Shown piece by piece: positions 27,701 through 41,085 of a stretch of 64,000 nucleotides of DNA. Position 1 is the first letter of the stretch. Each line of letters begins with the position of its first letter. The DNA is from Eledone cirrhosa. Its lineage: Eukaryota. The translations under genes and the position numbers were made by a program. Below the pieces are notes generated by a model, which did not search any database, was not told the DNA's origin, and saw only the letters and a program-made list of their open reading frames with translations. The stretch lies in the NCBI GenBank assembly GCA_964016885.1, contig OZ024754.1, positions 5,022,001-5,086,000 of the forward strand. The letters run 5' to 3'.

Positions 27701-27900
27701 TTAACCCTTTAGCATTTAAACCAGCCAGAATTGTCACACATACCCCTTTTTGTTCAAACCGGCCACAATTGGCCACTTATACTGATGTTAAGGTATTGTT
27801 CTCAAAATAAATAACATCAAAATCTCGTAGCTTTGATATTATGTCTTTACCATGAAAATACAATAGTAAATATAGAGCAATGTAAATGCTAAAGGGTTAA
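27701..27900 (+). mobile_element. piggyBac-type MITE
   Basis: TTAA|CCCTTTAGCATTTA...TAAATGCTAAAGGG|TTAA with perfect 14-bp TIRs. Confidence 0.85.
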
Positions 27901-27999
27901 AACAGCCATAAAACCTCATCTGAAGCCAGCTAAACCTGCTTAGGTGTGAACTTTTAATTTCATTTTGGATTTTTTTAAATAATTTTTCTTTTTCATTAT

Positions 28000-28284
28000 A
28001 TATAAGAATCTGGGAGGAGGTGCTCTGGGAGAATCCATTCCAATAAAAGGGGTCTTTATATATAAGAATCTGGGAAGGGGTGCTCTGGGAGAATCCATTC
28101 CAATAAAAGGGGGTCTCTGGTAAGGAAAATTTTATTTCATCATTTTTATTTTTATTTTTCATTATATATAACAATCAAGGAGGGGAAGTAATGTTGGTGG
28201 GAGGAGGGGGGGGGGGCTCTGTGGGAGAATCCATTCCAATAAAAAAGGGGGTCTTTGGTTAGGAAAACTTTGAGAATCACTGGT
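28000..28284. repeat. Three local copies of GCTCTGGGAGAATCCATTCCAATAAAAGGGG ending in a hAT-like terminus
   Basis: Copies near 28022, 28082 and 28216; minus strand at 28283 begins CAGTGATTCTCAA. Confidence 0.5.
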
Positions 28285-28771
28285 CTACAAACACATTAAG
28301 TTCCCTGTTGTATGAGCCTCTTGTCAATTTAGGGGCTAACTGAAGGGATTTCAATGAGATTTAATTCTATTTCCTGACAATTAAACTAGATCTCCCCTTC
28401 CCTATAACAAGGGCCCCTCCCCCTCCCTTTAACAGTTTAGAATTTATCTAATAATTGACACGGGGGGGGGGGGTATTTTTAGATTTACATTAAATTCTTC
28501 TGGTCTAATAAACTGATTTTCTCCTTTGGATTCTTCGGTTTGTTAATATACATTGTGTGTATCTGTGTCAATGTGTATATGATATATATATATATACACA
28601 TGTGTATATATATATATACACATGTGTATGAGTGTATAAATCATACATTGATAAAATCTCTTTACAAAATAAAACCTTTTGTTCTCCTTCATTTCAAATC
28701 AATTCTCAACAGATTTGATAAACAACCAACTATGCATTTATTTCATTGTGTGTGTGTGTGTGTATATATAT

Positions 28772-28830
<59 letters not shown>

Positions 28831-28900
28831 TATATATATATATATATACAAATATATTTATTTGTATATATACGAATGTATATACTTGTATATGTATGTA

Positions 28901-29026
<126 letters not shown>

Positions 29027-29753
29027 CCATGACTTAATTAACATCCATTGTGTATATTAAGGCAACCTACCTACTATAAGTTTTGTGAATCTCGAAACAG
29101 TGAAAGCCTCAATCATTATTCTATCATATTGTTATTACTGTTGTTGTTGTTGGCCTTGTTTACTGTATTTAAATTGTTATTGTTTAATTAACCCTTTCGT
29201 TATCATATTTCTAATGAAAGACACATACTATCTTTGATTTTCAAATTATTTCATAATCAAGGATCTGTTGAGATTTAGTGACATAAACCCAACTTTCTCA
29301 ATATTTATCTGCTGTTTGGAAAATAATTTTAACAAAGGTCTTTATATAAATTATATTTACAGGGTTTTTGGTTGAACACAAACAATTTAAAACTTGGATT
29401 TAAAATTTGGAATATAATTTTAACAAAGGTCCTTATATAAAATTATATTGGTAGGTTTTTGGCTGAAATAAAATGTTAAGAAAGGTCTTTATATAAAATT
29501 ATATTGGCAGGTTTTTAGTTGACTATCAATAGTTTAAAATAGTTTAAAATAAACAGCTTTGTACCATAAAAACCTGTTTGTTTACTGGAGATTTCATTTC
29601 AAAGTAGTTAGTAACTTCTAAATCACACTGTTTCACATGAATGAAACAGTTCTAGTCTTGTAGAAGCCACTTTTATATCAAATTTTGTTGGTCTCACTCT
29701 ACTTATTTATTGAGTACCTCATTTTCTGTTGTTAGCCCTGATTTCATTCGGGA

Positions 29754-29817
<64 letters not shown>

Positions 29818-29938
29818 GACCATTTGTTATGTCTTCATTACATTTATTGAGTAGTGACGTGTGATCAAACCTTGATCAGGTCAAGGTTTGATATGTATTG
29901 ATCTAGCCCGACTCTGGAATCATGTGTATATGTGTGTG

Positions 29939-29970
<32 letters not shown>

Positions 29971-30199
29971 CTCACACACATACATACATTACTAAACTGG
30001 TGTGGGATTAATAAAAAGTGTGCTGCAAATTTTGTATGCACACATACACATACACACACATATACGCACATACACACACACACACACATACAGACACACC
30101 TACTTTGGATATAACATATATCTGATAGACAGATGTGTTAAACACTTCATGTTTCTATTAGATGAAACACAGGATAGAAAGGTAGACAATGTCCTCTGT

Positions 30200-30249
30200 G
30201 TGTGTATATATAGGTATATATATATATAGAGAGAGAGAGACACACACAC

Positions 30250-30282
<33 letters not shown>

Positions 30283-30283
30283 C

Positions 30284-30324
<41 letters not shown>

Positions 30325-30469
30325 CACACATATATATATATATAGAGAGAGAGAGACACACATATATATATAGAGAGAGAGAGAGACACATATATATATA
30401 TATAGAGAGAGAGAGAACGAGAGAGACACATATATATATATAGAGAGAGAGAGAGAACGAGAGACACAC

Positions 30470-30560
<91 letters not shown>

Positions 30561-30719
30561 GAGAGAGAGAGAGATAGCGAGAGAAACATACATGTAAATA
30601 TATATATATATATATACACACAAAGAGAGAAAGATAGATAGATATATAGAGAGAAAGACACATATATATAAATATATATACATATATGCACAGAGATATA
30701 TATATATAGAGAGAGAGAG

Positions 30720-30760
<41 letters not shown>

Positions 30761-30871
30761 CATAAGATAGATATTAGAGCGTTGAATGAAATTTTAAATG
30801 CTGTCCACAAGTTGACCACTTAATGGGTAATTTATTGACATAGTGTGGTTTATAGATATAATATACCATAA

Positions 30872-30960
<89 letters not shown>
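30200..30960. repeat. (TA)n-(GA)n-(CA)n compound microsatellite
   Basis: Directly visible. Confidence 0.9.
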
Positions 30961-30962
<2 letters not shown>

Positions 30963-31058
30963 AACACCTGTTTGAAAACACTTCACATCCACATTAATGT
31001 TTATCTAGAATCGATCATCCTTCACAGGTGTCTTTTTGTTTCATCTCATGTATGTATT

Positions 31059-31099
<41 letters not shown>

Positions 31100-31103
<4 letters not shown>

Positions 31104-31362
31104 CATCATCATCATCACCGTTTTACGTCCGTTCTTCCACGCTAGCATGGGTTAGAGGGGTTGTCCTGTTGTGGGCAGTGTCTGGTCGGCTGACCATGCC
31201 TTGCTCCTACAGGAACTGATTTTGGCTTGATTTCTACAGCTGGATGCCCTTCCTAACACCAACCTCATGTACAGTGAGTGCTGGGTGATTTTTCGTGGCG
31301 CGCCTACACGTCCACTTTACAGTGTGGGCTGGGTGCTTTTTTGCTGTGGCACCTCCACGACC
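31100..31362 (-). mobile_element. SINE family B variant, 3' half
   Basis: (CAT)n tail, TTTCTACAGCTGGATGCCCTTCCTAACACCAACC block. Confidence 0.75.
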
Positions 31363-31677
31363 ACCCATATATATATATATGGACAAACAATGGTAATGCA
31401 TTCTGTTGATGATCTGGCAGCATGATTCCTGGAACAATAACATAAAACTTCAATTATACATACATGTCTATGTGTGTGTGTATATATATATATGTATTTT
31501 AATTATGTCTCATATAAAATAATACAACTGGCTATCTGCAAAATACGTATAGTTAGCACCCCAAACGTATAATTGGGATTATACTAAGGTATATCCTAAT
31601 GTTTGTTGAGTGAGACGGAAGCCGGTTGGAGTATTGCTTAAAGCTTTCTCTGTTAATGCATTAAATATATATATATA

Positions 31678-31934
31678 CCGGGTGATGTGTTGTTTCCTTG
31701 AGCAAGACACTTTATTTCACATTGCTCCAGTTTACTCAGCTGTAGAAATGAGATGATAGGGACTGGGTTCCCTATCATTCCACTGCAAAGTGGTCGTGGA
31801 GGTGCCACGGCAAAAAAGCACCCAGCACTCACTGTAAATGAGGTTGGTGTTAGGAAGGACATCCAGCTGTAGAAATCAAGCCAGAATCAGTTCCCGTCCC
31901 ACCCTTGCAAGCAGGGAAAAGTGGATGTAAAATG
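31678..31934 (+). mobile_element. SINE family B, 5'-truncated
   Basis: CCTTGAGCAAGACACTTTATTTCAC (CORE-like) ... GGTGTTAGGAAGGACATCCAGCTGTAG ... GCAAGCAGGGAAAAGTGGATGTAAAATG. Confidence 0.85.
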
Positions 31935-32084
31935 TATATGTGTATATATATATATATAATATATATATATGTATGGGTTACATTACATTATTTCACACAA
32001 TACTAGGAAAGTGAGTGTGGAAATTACTATATTTACACACTAAAATATATATATATATATGTATATGTGTGTGTGTGTGCGTGT

Positions 32085-32115
<31 letters not shown>

Positions 32116-32255
32116 ATGTAAATGTGTGTAATAAATATATTTTCTATTATATATATTTACACAAAATGGTGTGTATATGTAAAACTAAAATGCAAATAGA
32201 TGTATTTTCCCTCTCAAATTTCAGATAAATTAAATCAATATATACATATATATAT

Positions 32256-32324
<69 letters not shown>

Positions 32325-33373
32325 CGTGTATGTGTATGCATTGTATGCATGCAATGATCTTATACATCTTAATAGAGGAAATATATTTACACACAATTGT
32401 CAACACACACAGACCTATTTACACAAAACAGTGTGTTACATATGTGTTTATAATACACTATATAATGTAAAACAAATTCCCCTCCTCTCACCACCACCAC
32501 CAGAAACACCGACTTCTCTTTTATATAGACCTCCCTCCCTTCCTCAAAATGTTGCTAATGTTGTTTAGTCTTCTGGGTTTATTTTTTTATTTTATTACCT
32601 TATTAATCCCTATTGTGGCCATATTTCTGGGTTGTTTGATCCCTTTTCTATATTTTATTTCTTGCTACTGTATATTGAACATAAGACAATCACAACTTTT
32701 GGTTATTGATTTTCAAATAATTCTAAAATGATCAAAAATGTCAAGCAATTTACTAATATATATAACTTTTATATATCTATCTTTTATATATATAACCTTT
32801 ATATACCTATCTTTTATATATATAACATATACCTATCTTTTATATATATAACATATATCTATTTTTTATATATATATAACTTTTATATATTATCTTTTAT
32901 ATATATAACCTTTATATACCTATCTTTTATATATATATCTAACTTTTATGTATATAACTGTTGTATATCTAATGTATATATATAACTTATATATACATAA
33001 TTTTCCAACTATTTATGGTCTGGTTTCGAATATGACTTTAATTTTTCTTACATAAAATTATGATGGAAAATTTTTTTTTATTTTTTAGATAGATATAAAC
33101 ATTTTAAAACAAAGGATTTTCAATTGCGAAACCAGGGATGCTTTTAAGCGGCTGGTATCAAACGATTTAATCATTAAAATAACGAAGGATTATGGGAGAG
33201 TTTTAGTGAAATAACAAACATTTGACTTCATAATAAAAGACATATTTTTTTATGACTGAAATCTAATATTATCTACCATCTAATAAATTATAATGAAACT
33301 TCAGTACAGGTTTTGAATATAAACAGGTTTTAAACACTTTAAACCTTTTGACTCTATGGCTGTAAATCACATG

Positions 33374-34279
33374 AAACACCTCTGATTCTGTGATATGAAA
33401 CAGTTTCTTTTAAAGTGTTTATATTTATCTAAAAACCTTCCATAATTTTATGTAAGAACCTTTAAGTTATGTTCCAAACACCCCTGATTCTGTGATATGA
33501 AACAGTTTCTTTTAAAGTGTTTATATTTATCTAAAAACCTTCCATAATTTTATGTAAGAACCTTTAAGTTATGTTCCAAACACCCCTGATTCTGTGATAT
33601 GAAACAGTTTCTTTTAAAGTGTTTATATTTATCTAAAAACCTTCCATAATTTTATGTAAGAACCTTTAAGTTATGTTCCAAACACCCCTGATTCTGTGAT
33701 ATGAAACAGTTTCTTTTAAAGTGTTTATATTTATCTAAAAACCTTCCATAATTTTATGTAAGAACCTTTAAGTTATGTTCCAAACACCCCTGATTCTGTG
33801 ATATGAAACAGTTTCTTTTAAAGTGTTTATATTTATCTAAAAACCTTCCATAATTTTATGTAAGAACCTTTAAGTTATGTTCCAAACACCCCTGATTCTG
33901 TGATATGAAACAGTTTCTTTTAAAGTGTTTATATTTATCTAAAAACCTTCCATAATTTTATGTAAGAACCTTTAAGTTATGTTCCAAACACCCCTGATTC
34001 TGTGATATGAAACAGTTTCTTTTAAAGTGTTTATATTTATCTAAAAACCTTCCATAATTTTATGTAAGAACCTTTAAGTTATGTTCCAAACACCCCTGAT
34101 TCTGTGATATGAAACAGTTTCTTTTAAAGTGTTTATATTTATCTAAAAACCTTCCATAATTTTATGTAAGAACCTTTAAGTTATGTTCCAAACACCCCTG
34201 ATTCTGTGATATGAAACAGTTTCTTTTAAAGTGTTTATATTTATCTAAAAACCTTCCATAATTTTATGTAAGAACCTTT
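33374..34279. repeat. 102-bp satellite, about 9 near-identical copies, derived from the family D element
   Basis: CCCCTGATTC at 33481, 33583 and onward (period 102); unit aligns by eye with 14078-14185. Confidence 0.95.
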
Positions 34280-34647
34280 GTTAAGTTTTGTTAAGAACAC
34301 TCCTTATAAATCTTCCATAATAATTTTATATAAGAACCTTAGTTGAGTTATGTTCCAAACACCCCTTATAAATCTTCCCTAATAATTTATATAAGAACCT
34401 TTGTTAAGTTATGTTCGAAACACCCCTGATTCTCTGATTCTATCTGTCTCTTTGTCAGACAATCTGTCTATCAGTGTGTCACTCCCTCTCTCTCTTATCC
34501 TTTTGTATGTTTTCCTCTTCCTTCTCCCCCTATAGATAATCTGTTTAACTGAGACTAACTCACCTGTAAGAAGGTGGAAGGGGAGGAGAGACTGGATCAC
34601 TTCATTATTTCCTTGGTTATATACTCTGACCTTTTCAAGACAAACCA

Positions 34648-35180
34648 TTGGTGATGGTGGTGGTGGTGGTGGTGGTGGTGGTGGTGGTGGTAGGGATGGT
34701 GATGGTGGTAGGGGTGGTGGTGGTGATGATGGTAGGGATGGTGGTGGTGATGATGGTAGGGATGGTGGTGGTGGTGGTGATGGTGGTGGTGGTAGGGATG
34801 GTGATGGTGGTAGGGGTGGTGGTGGTGATGATGGTAGGGATGGTGGTGGTGGTGGTGATGGTGGTGGTAGGGATGGTGATGGTGGTAGGGATGGTGGTGG
34901 TGGTGGTGATGGTGGTGGTGGTGGTGGTGATGGTGGTGGTGGTAGGGATGGTGATGGTGGTAGGGGTGGTGGTGGTGGTGGTGATGATGGTAGGGATGGT
35001 GGTGGTGGTAGGGATGGTGATGGTGGTAGGGGTGGTGGTGGTGATGATGGTAGGGATGGTGGTGGTGGTGGTGATGGTGGTGGTGGTAGGGATGGTGATG
35101 GTGGTAGGGGTGGTGGTGGTGGTGGTGATGATGGTAGGGATGGTGGTGGTGGTAGTAGTGATGTTAGTGGTGGTGGTAGT
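34648..35180. repeat. (GGT)n with GGTAGGGATGGT higher-order motif
   Basis: Directly visible; source of the poly-Pro and poly-Val ORFs. Confidence 0.9.
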
Positions 35181-35281
35181 GATCGCTCATTGGTTCCCTT
35201 TGTGGTCACAGAGATAGACATACGTATGTTTGCATACATATACACACTATATACATATCTACACAATTACCTACATATATC

Positions 35282-35345
<64 letters not shown>

Positions 35346-35419
35346 TATACTACATACATTTATATACACAATTACCTATGTATCTATCTATCTATATATA
35401 TATATATATCCATATATAC

Positions 35420-35590
35420 ACACATATAGGCATGCATACATACAGACATACATATATACACATAGACATACATACAGATGCACACACAAACGTGTATATA
35501 TATATATATATATATATACACACAGATATACATACAGACATACATACATACATACACATAGACATACATACAGATGCACACACAAGCGTG

Positions 35591-35622
<32 letters not shown>

Positions 35623-35692
35623 GATATACATACATACATACAGACATGCATACATACATATAGACATACATACAGATGCACACACAAACGTG

Positions 35693-35724
<32 letters not shown>

Positions 35725-35790
35725 GATATACATACAGACATACATACATACATACACATAGACATACATACAGATGCACACACAAGCGTG

Positions 35791-35822
<32 letters not shown>

Positions 35823-36250
35823 GATATACATACATACATACAGACATGCATACATACATATAGACATACATACAGATGCACACACAAACGTGTATATTTA
35901 TATGCACACAGATGTACATACAGATGCACACACTAACGTGTATATATATATACACACAGATATACATACATACATACATACACATAGACATACATACAGA
36001 TGCACACACAAACGTGTGTATATATATATATATATACACAGATATATATATATACATACATACATACATATACATACAGATGCACACACAAACGTGTATA
36101 TATATATACATACATACATACATATACATACAGATGCACACACAAACGTGTATATATATATACATACATACATACATATACATACAGATGCACACACAAA
36201 CGTGTATATATATATATATATATATATATACACAAACGTGTATATATATA
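35420..36250. repeat. CA/TA minisatellite with CAGATGCACACACAAACGTG anchor
   Basis: Anchor repeated about 10 times. Confidence 0.85.
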
Positions 36251-36359
36251 CAAGCACAAGGGGGAATATCTAATTATGGAACAACAGATAGTCAATAACT
36301 CTTATATAATTTCAACATTTGTGTGTCCCCTCCTCCATCTCCATATGGAATAAACCAAT

Positions 36360-37945
36360 AATGGTGGTGGTAGTGGTGGTAGTGGTGATGGTAGTTGTAG
36401 TAGTGGTAGTTGTACTGGTAGTGGTAGTGGTGATGGTTGTAGTGGTGATGGTAGTGGTGGTAGTGGTGATGATAGTTGTAGTAGTGGTAGTTGTACTGGT
36501 AGTGGTAGTGGTGATGGTTGTAGTGGTGATGGTAGTGGTGGTAGTGGTGATGATAGTTGTGGTAGTTGTAGTGGTGGTAGTTGTAGTGGTAGTGGTTGTA
36601 GTGGTGATGGTAATTGTAGTGGTGGTGGTGGTAGTGGTGATGGTAGTGGTGGTAGTGGTGATGATAGTTGTGGTAGTGGTGATGGTAGTTGTAGTGGTGG
36701 TAGTAGTGATAGTGGTTGTAGTGGTGATGGTAATTGTAGTGGTGGTGGTAGTAGTGGTAGTGGTGGTAGTGGTGATGGTAGTCAAAGTGGTGGTAGTTGT
36801 AGTGGTGGTAGTGGTGATGGTGGTAGTTGTAGTGGTGGTAGTAGTGATAGTGGTTGTAGTGGTGATGGTAATTGTAGTGGTGGTGGTGGTAGTGGTGGTG
36901 GTAGTGGTGATGGTAGTCAAAGTGGTGGTAGTGGTGGTGGTGGTAGTTGTAGTGGTGGCAGTAACCATAGTGGCAAGGCAATGGTAATGGTAAGAATGAT
37001 GATGGTAGTTGTGGCATTAATGGTAGTGTTGATGATGATGATGGTAGTAATGATGGTGGTGTTGGTAGTGTTGGTGTTGGTAATGATGGTGGTAATGGTA
37101 GCGGTAGTAGTAGTGATGATGATGATGATGATGATGATGATGGTATAAGATACAAACCACAGTAAATATAATGATAATGATGGTGGTGGTGATGGTAGTA
37201 ATGGTGGTGATGGTAGTGGTGGTGGTGGTGATGGTAGTGATGATGGTGGTGGTGGTAGTGACAGTGATGATGGTATAAGATACAAACCACAGTAAATATA
37301 ATGATGGTGGTGGTGGTGGTGGTAATGGTAGTGGTGGTGGTGGTGATGGTAATGGTGGTGGTGGTGGTGGTGACAGTGATGATATAAGATACAAACCACA
37401 GTAAATATAATGATGGTGGTGGTGGTGGTAATGGTAGTGGTGGTGGTGGTGATGGTAGTGGTGGTGGTGGTGATGGTAATGGTGGTGGTGGTGATGGTAA
37501 TGGTGGTGGTGGTGATGGTAATGGTAGTGATGGTGGTGGTGGTGGTGATGGTAATGGTAGTGATGGTGGTGGTGGTAATGGTGGTGGTGGTGATGGTAAT
37601 GGTGGTGGTGGTGGTGGTGGTGACAGTGATGATATAAGATACAAACCACAGTAAATATAATGATGGTGGTGGTGGTGGTAATGGTAGTGGTGGTGGTGGT
37701 GATGGTAGTGGTGGTGGTGGTGATGGTAATGGTGGTGGTGGTGATGGTAATGGTAGTGATGGTGGTGGTGGTAATGGAAATGGTGGTGGTGGTGATGGTA
37801 ATGGTAGTGATGGTGGTGGTGGTAATGGTGGTGGTGGTAATGGTAGTGGTGGTGGTAATGGTAGTGGTGGTGGTGGTGGTGGTAATGGTGGTGGTGGTGG
37901 TGACAGTGATGATATACGATACAAACCACAGTAAATATAATGATG
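36360..37945. repeat. (GGT/AGT/GAT)n block with five copies of a 31-nt anchor
   Basis: TATAAGATACAAACCACAGTAAATATAATGA at 37144, 37274, 37383, 37633 and 37913. Confidence 0.9.
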
Positions 37946-38295
37946 CCATAGTTTCAGTTCCATTTTATTACTTTTGGGTTTTTTGTCTCTTTTTGCTCTT
38001 TTTTTTCAAGCTAAACTATTGATTACCTGATGAACATTGGTGGTGGGGGTGGGGGTGGTGGTAAGAGTGATATTGGTGGGTGGGGGTGGTGGTGATAGTG
38101 GGGGGGGGGTGATAGTGGTATTGGAGGTGGAGGTAGTGGTGGGGGTACTTTGGTTTCTCTTTTTCTGGATTTAGCATTTCTCAGTCTCAGTTTAAGAAGG
38201 AGGGGAAAAAAATCCTACCGTTGGGAGAAAAATCAATCAGAGGTTTATTGAACTTCAAAAATCAAACCTTTTCTCTCATCATCTCTCCTATAACC

Positions 38296-38358
<63 letters not shown>

Positions 38359-39054
38359 GTATATGTGTTTGCATACATATGTATGTATGTATATGTGTGT
38401 TTGTGTACATATAGATGTATGCATGTATGTTTGTGTATGTGTAATATGTTTGCAGATACACATATATGTAGACACACAAACACACACATATATAATGTAG
38501 AAATGAATTTACAATGTCTCCCAACAGACTACTTCTGTTTTAACATATGGGGTGGGGCTGCTGCTCCCAAGACATACTCACCAATTAGGGTTTTACTTGA
38601 AGGGCCACTTCAAGCTCTGGCTCACTGACAACCTATGTACACTCCCTTTCTTTTCAACCACTACTAACTGTGGCCTCAGCTCCTAGGATCTGCTCTCTGA
38701 TAGGTTTGTGGTTGAGCATGTGGAAGTGGAGACTCCCAACATTGCTTCAGCCCCGTTCCCGGACCACATCCCTATTCACTGCTATCAGAGCAGAGTTAGC
38801 TAACCTCAACTGCGAGCCCTGCAAGGTGGATTGACTGTTCCGGCACCTCTCCCTCGCTATCTTTCAGAGCAATGTCTTCTTCATCCTGTTGGTCAGGACC
38901 ATGAGATGGATTGACCCTTTACGTTTAATTTATGGTTTACATTTCTTGTGGTCAAGTATAGTAATAGGCCAAAGCCTTATGTAAAATATACTCCTCCCTA
39001 AACTGGTATCAGGCCTCAAGCCATATATGAAATGTAAGCCCCGTTTCAAACTGC

Positions 39055-39270
39055 TTAACCCTTTAGCATTTAAACCAGCCATATCCGTCCAGAATTCTCT
39101 TACTTCTTTCTGTTCAAACTGGCTGTAACTGGCCACTCATACTGATGTTAAGGTATTGTTCTCAAAATAAATAATATCAAAATCTCATAGATTCGATATT
39201 ATGTGAGATAAAGCTGTTACCCTATAAATACAATAGTATATATAGAGTAATGTAAATGTTAAAGGGTTAA
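39055..39270 (+). mobile_element. piggyBac-type MITE
   Basis: TTAA|CCCTTTAGCATTTA...TAAATGTTAAAGGG|TTAA. Confidence 0.85.
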
Positions 39271-39552
39271 GGGCATCCAGCCGTAGTAGAACCAAGTCAA
39301 TATACAGATCCATAGGAGCATGTTGGTCCCTAGATCTGGCTTGTCTCATAGGGGGTGGAAAGGTGGGCATGAAATGATGATGATAATAGTGATAATTAGT
39401 GTGAAATACATAGCAAGTAAAATTTAGTGTGTGTTTGTCTTGTATGTGTTTGTCTTGTGTGTGTCTGTGTCTTGTGTGTGGTATGTTTAGATAATATTGA
39501 GCTGTGAACAAAGATTGTTATAGTGTGTATGGAGACAACTATTACATATACA

Positions 39553-39583
<31 letters not shown>

Positions 39584-39682
39584 GTCTGTTTGTGTGTTAG
39601 GATATATATATATATATATGACCAACATATGAACTTCTGACTTTATCATATAGCATGTATTCACTTTCTACTAGCATTACAA

Positions 39683-39810
39683 GGGGCCCGACGAGCCGCA
39701 GATTACAGAGTCGGATCAGATCGATACAGATCGAACCTTGAGCTGATCAGGGGTGAAACACATGTCACCAACCAATAAATGTAATGAAGGAGTAACCAAT
39801 CGTCCTTGTT
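39683..39810 (+). mobile_element. Dispersed relic with a long-stem-II hammerhead-like motif
   Basis: CCGACGA(39688)...GAAA-CACATG-TC(39766), then AATAAA; a reverse-complement homologue lies at about 29815-29921. Confidence 0.5.
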
Positions 39811-40000
39811 ATCTTATTTGAATATAATACACTCTGTATAGCTCTACACCTCGACACTGAAGTGAACTTAAACATCGAGTGCTCACCCGGGTGGACCTAC
39901 AGTAACTCCAAGTTACACTCCCTGGATATATATATATATATATGTTGGTGTGTGTGTGTGTGTGTGTAAACATATATATGTATATATAGGTGTGTGTGTG

Positions 40001-40342
40001 TCATCATTTCATCATTTCATTTTACATCCGCTTTTTCCCTGCTTGCCAGGGTGGGACGGGAACTGATTCTGGCTTGATTTCTACAGCTGGATGTCCTTCC
40101 TAACACCAACCTCATTTACAGTGAGTGCTGGGTGCTTTTTTGCCGTGGCACCTCCGCGACCACTTTGCAGTGGAATGATATGGACCCCAGTCCCTATCAT
40201 CTCATTTCTACAGCTGAGTAAACTGGAGCAATGTGAAATAAAGTGTCTTGCTCAAGGAAACAACACATCACCCGGTTTGAGAATTGAACTCAGAACCTTT
40301 CGATTGCAAGGCCAATGCTCTAACCACTAAGCCATGTGCCTC
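40001..40342 (-). mobile_element. Full-length SINE family B (tRNA head, CORE-like block, RTE-like tail)
   Basis: Minus strand: A-box TGGCTTAGTGG, B-box GAGTTCAATTC, CCTTGAGCAAGACAC, AGGAAGGACATCCAGCTGTA, (ATGA/TGA)n tail; near-identical to 48217-48559. Confidence 0.9.
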
Positions 40343-40679
40343 GATATGTAAACATATATATGTATATATATGTGTGTGTGTATGTGTGTAAACATATATG
40401 TATATATATGCATGTGTATGTCTACACATATTTATTAGAATGGTGTTGAAGTGTGAATACATTTTTGGGGGACACCCTTATATATATGATAGTAAGTTAT
40501 GAAATAGAGAAGGTTGGCTCTCTGGCACTTTACCTCACTTCTTCTATGTCCCTCCTCCTCCTCCTACTCCCCCTCCCACCACTATACCATCTTATATACA
40601 TATTGGAGTTGGTTACTTATTGATGTTGTTGTTGTTACTGGTTTATTTTCCTTCTTACTGCTGACATCTTTTTGCTCAC

Positions 40680-41085
40680 CACAGTATAGCTTACACACAC
40701 ACACACAGTATAGCTTACACACACACAGTATAGCTTACACACACACAGTATAGCTTACACACACACAGTATAGCTTACACACATACACAGTATAGCTTAC
40801 ACACTTACACACACAAACAGTATAGCTTACACACACGCAGTATAGCTTACACACATACACAGTATAGCTTACACACACACAGTATAGCTTACCCACACAC
40901 AGTATAGCTTACACACTTACACACACAAACAGTATAGCTTACACACACGCAGTATAGCTTACACACACAGTATAGCTTACACACATACACAGTATAGCTT
41001 ACACACACACATACACAGTATAGCTTACACACACACATACACAGTATAGATTACACACACATACACATACACAGTATAGATTACA
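40680..41085. repeat. CAGTATAGCTTA-(CA)n minisatellite
   Basis: About 17 anchors separated by variable (CA)n. Confidence 0.9.

Noticed and set aside
37144-37945. Repeat-spacer (CRISPR-like) layout
   Set aside because: Spacers are low-complexity trinucleotide runs of 80-250 bp related to each other, not unique acquired sequence.
40268-40342. tRNA gene (also 48488-48559 and the family A heads)
   Set aside because: A and B boxes are present but there is no complete acceptor stem, and each is joined to a SINE body and tail.
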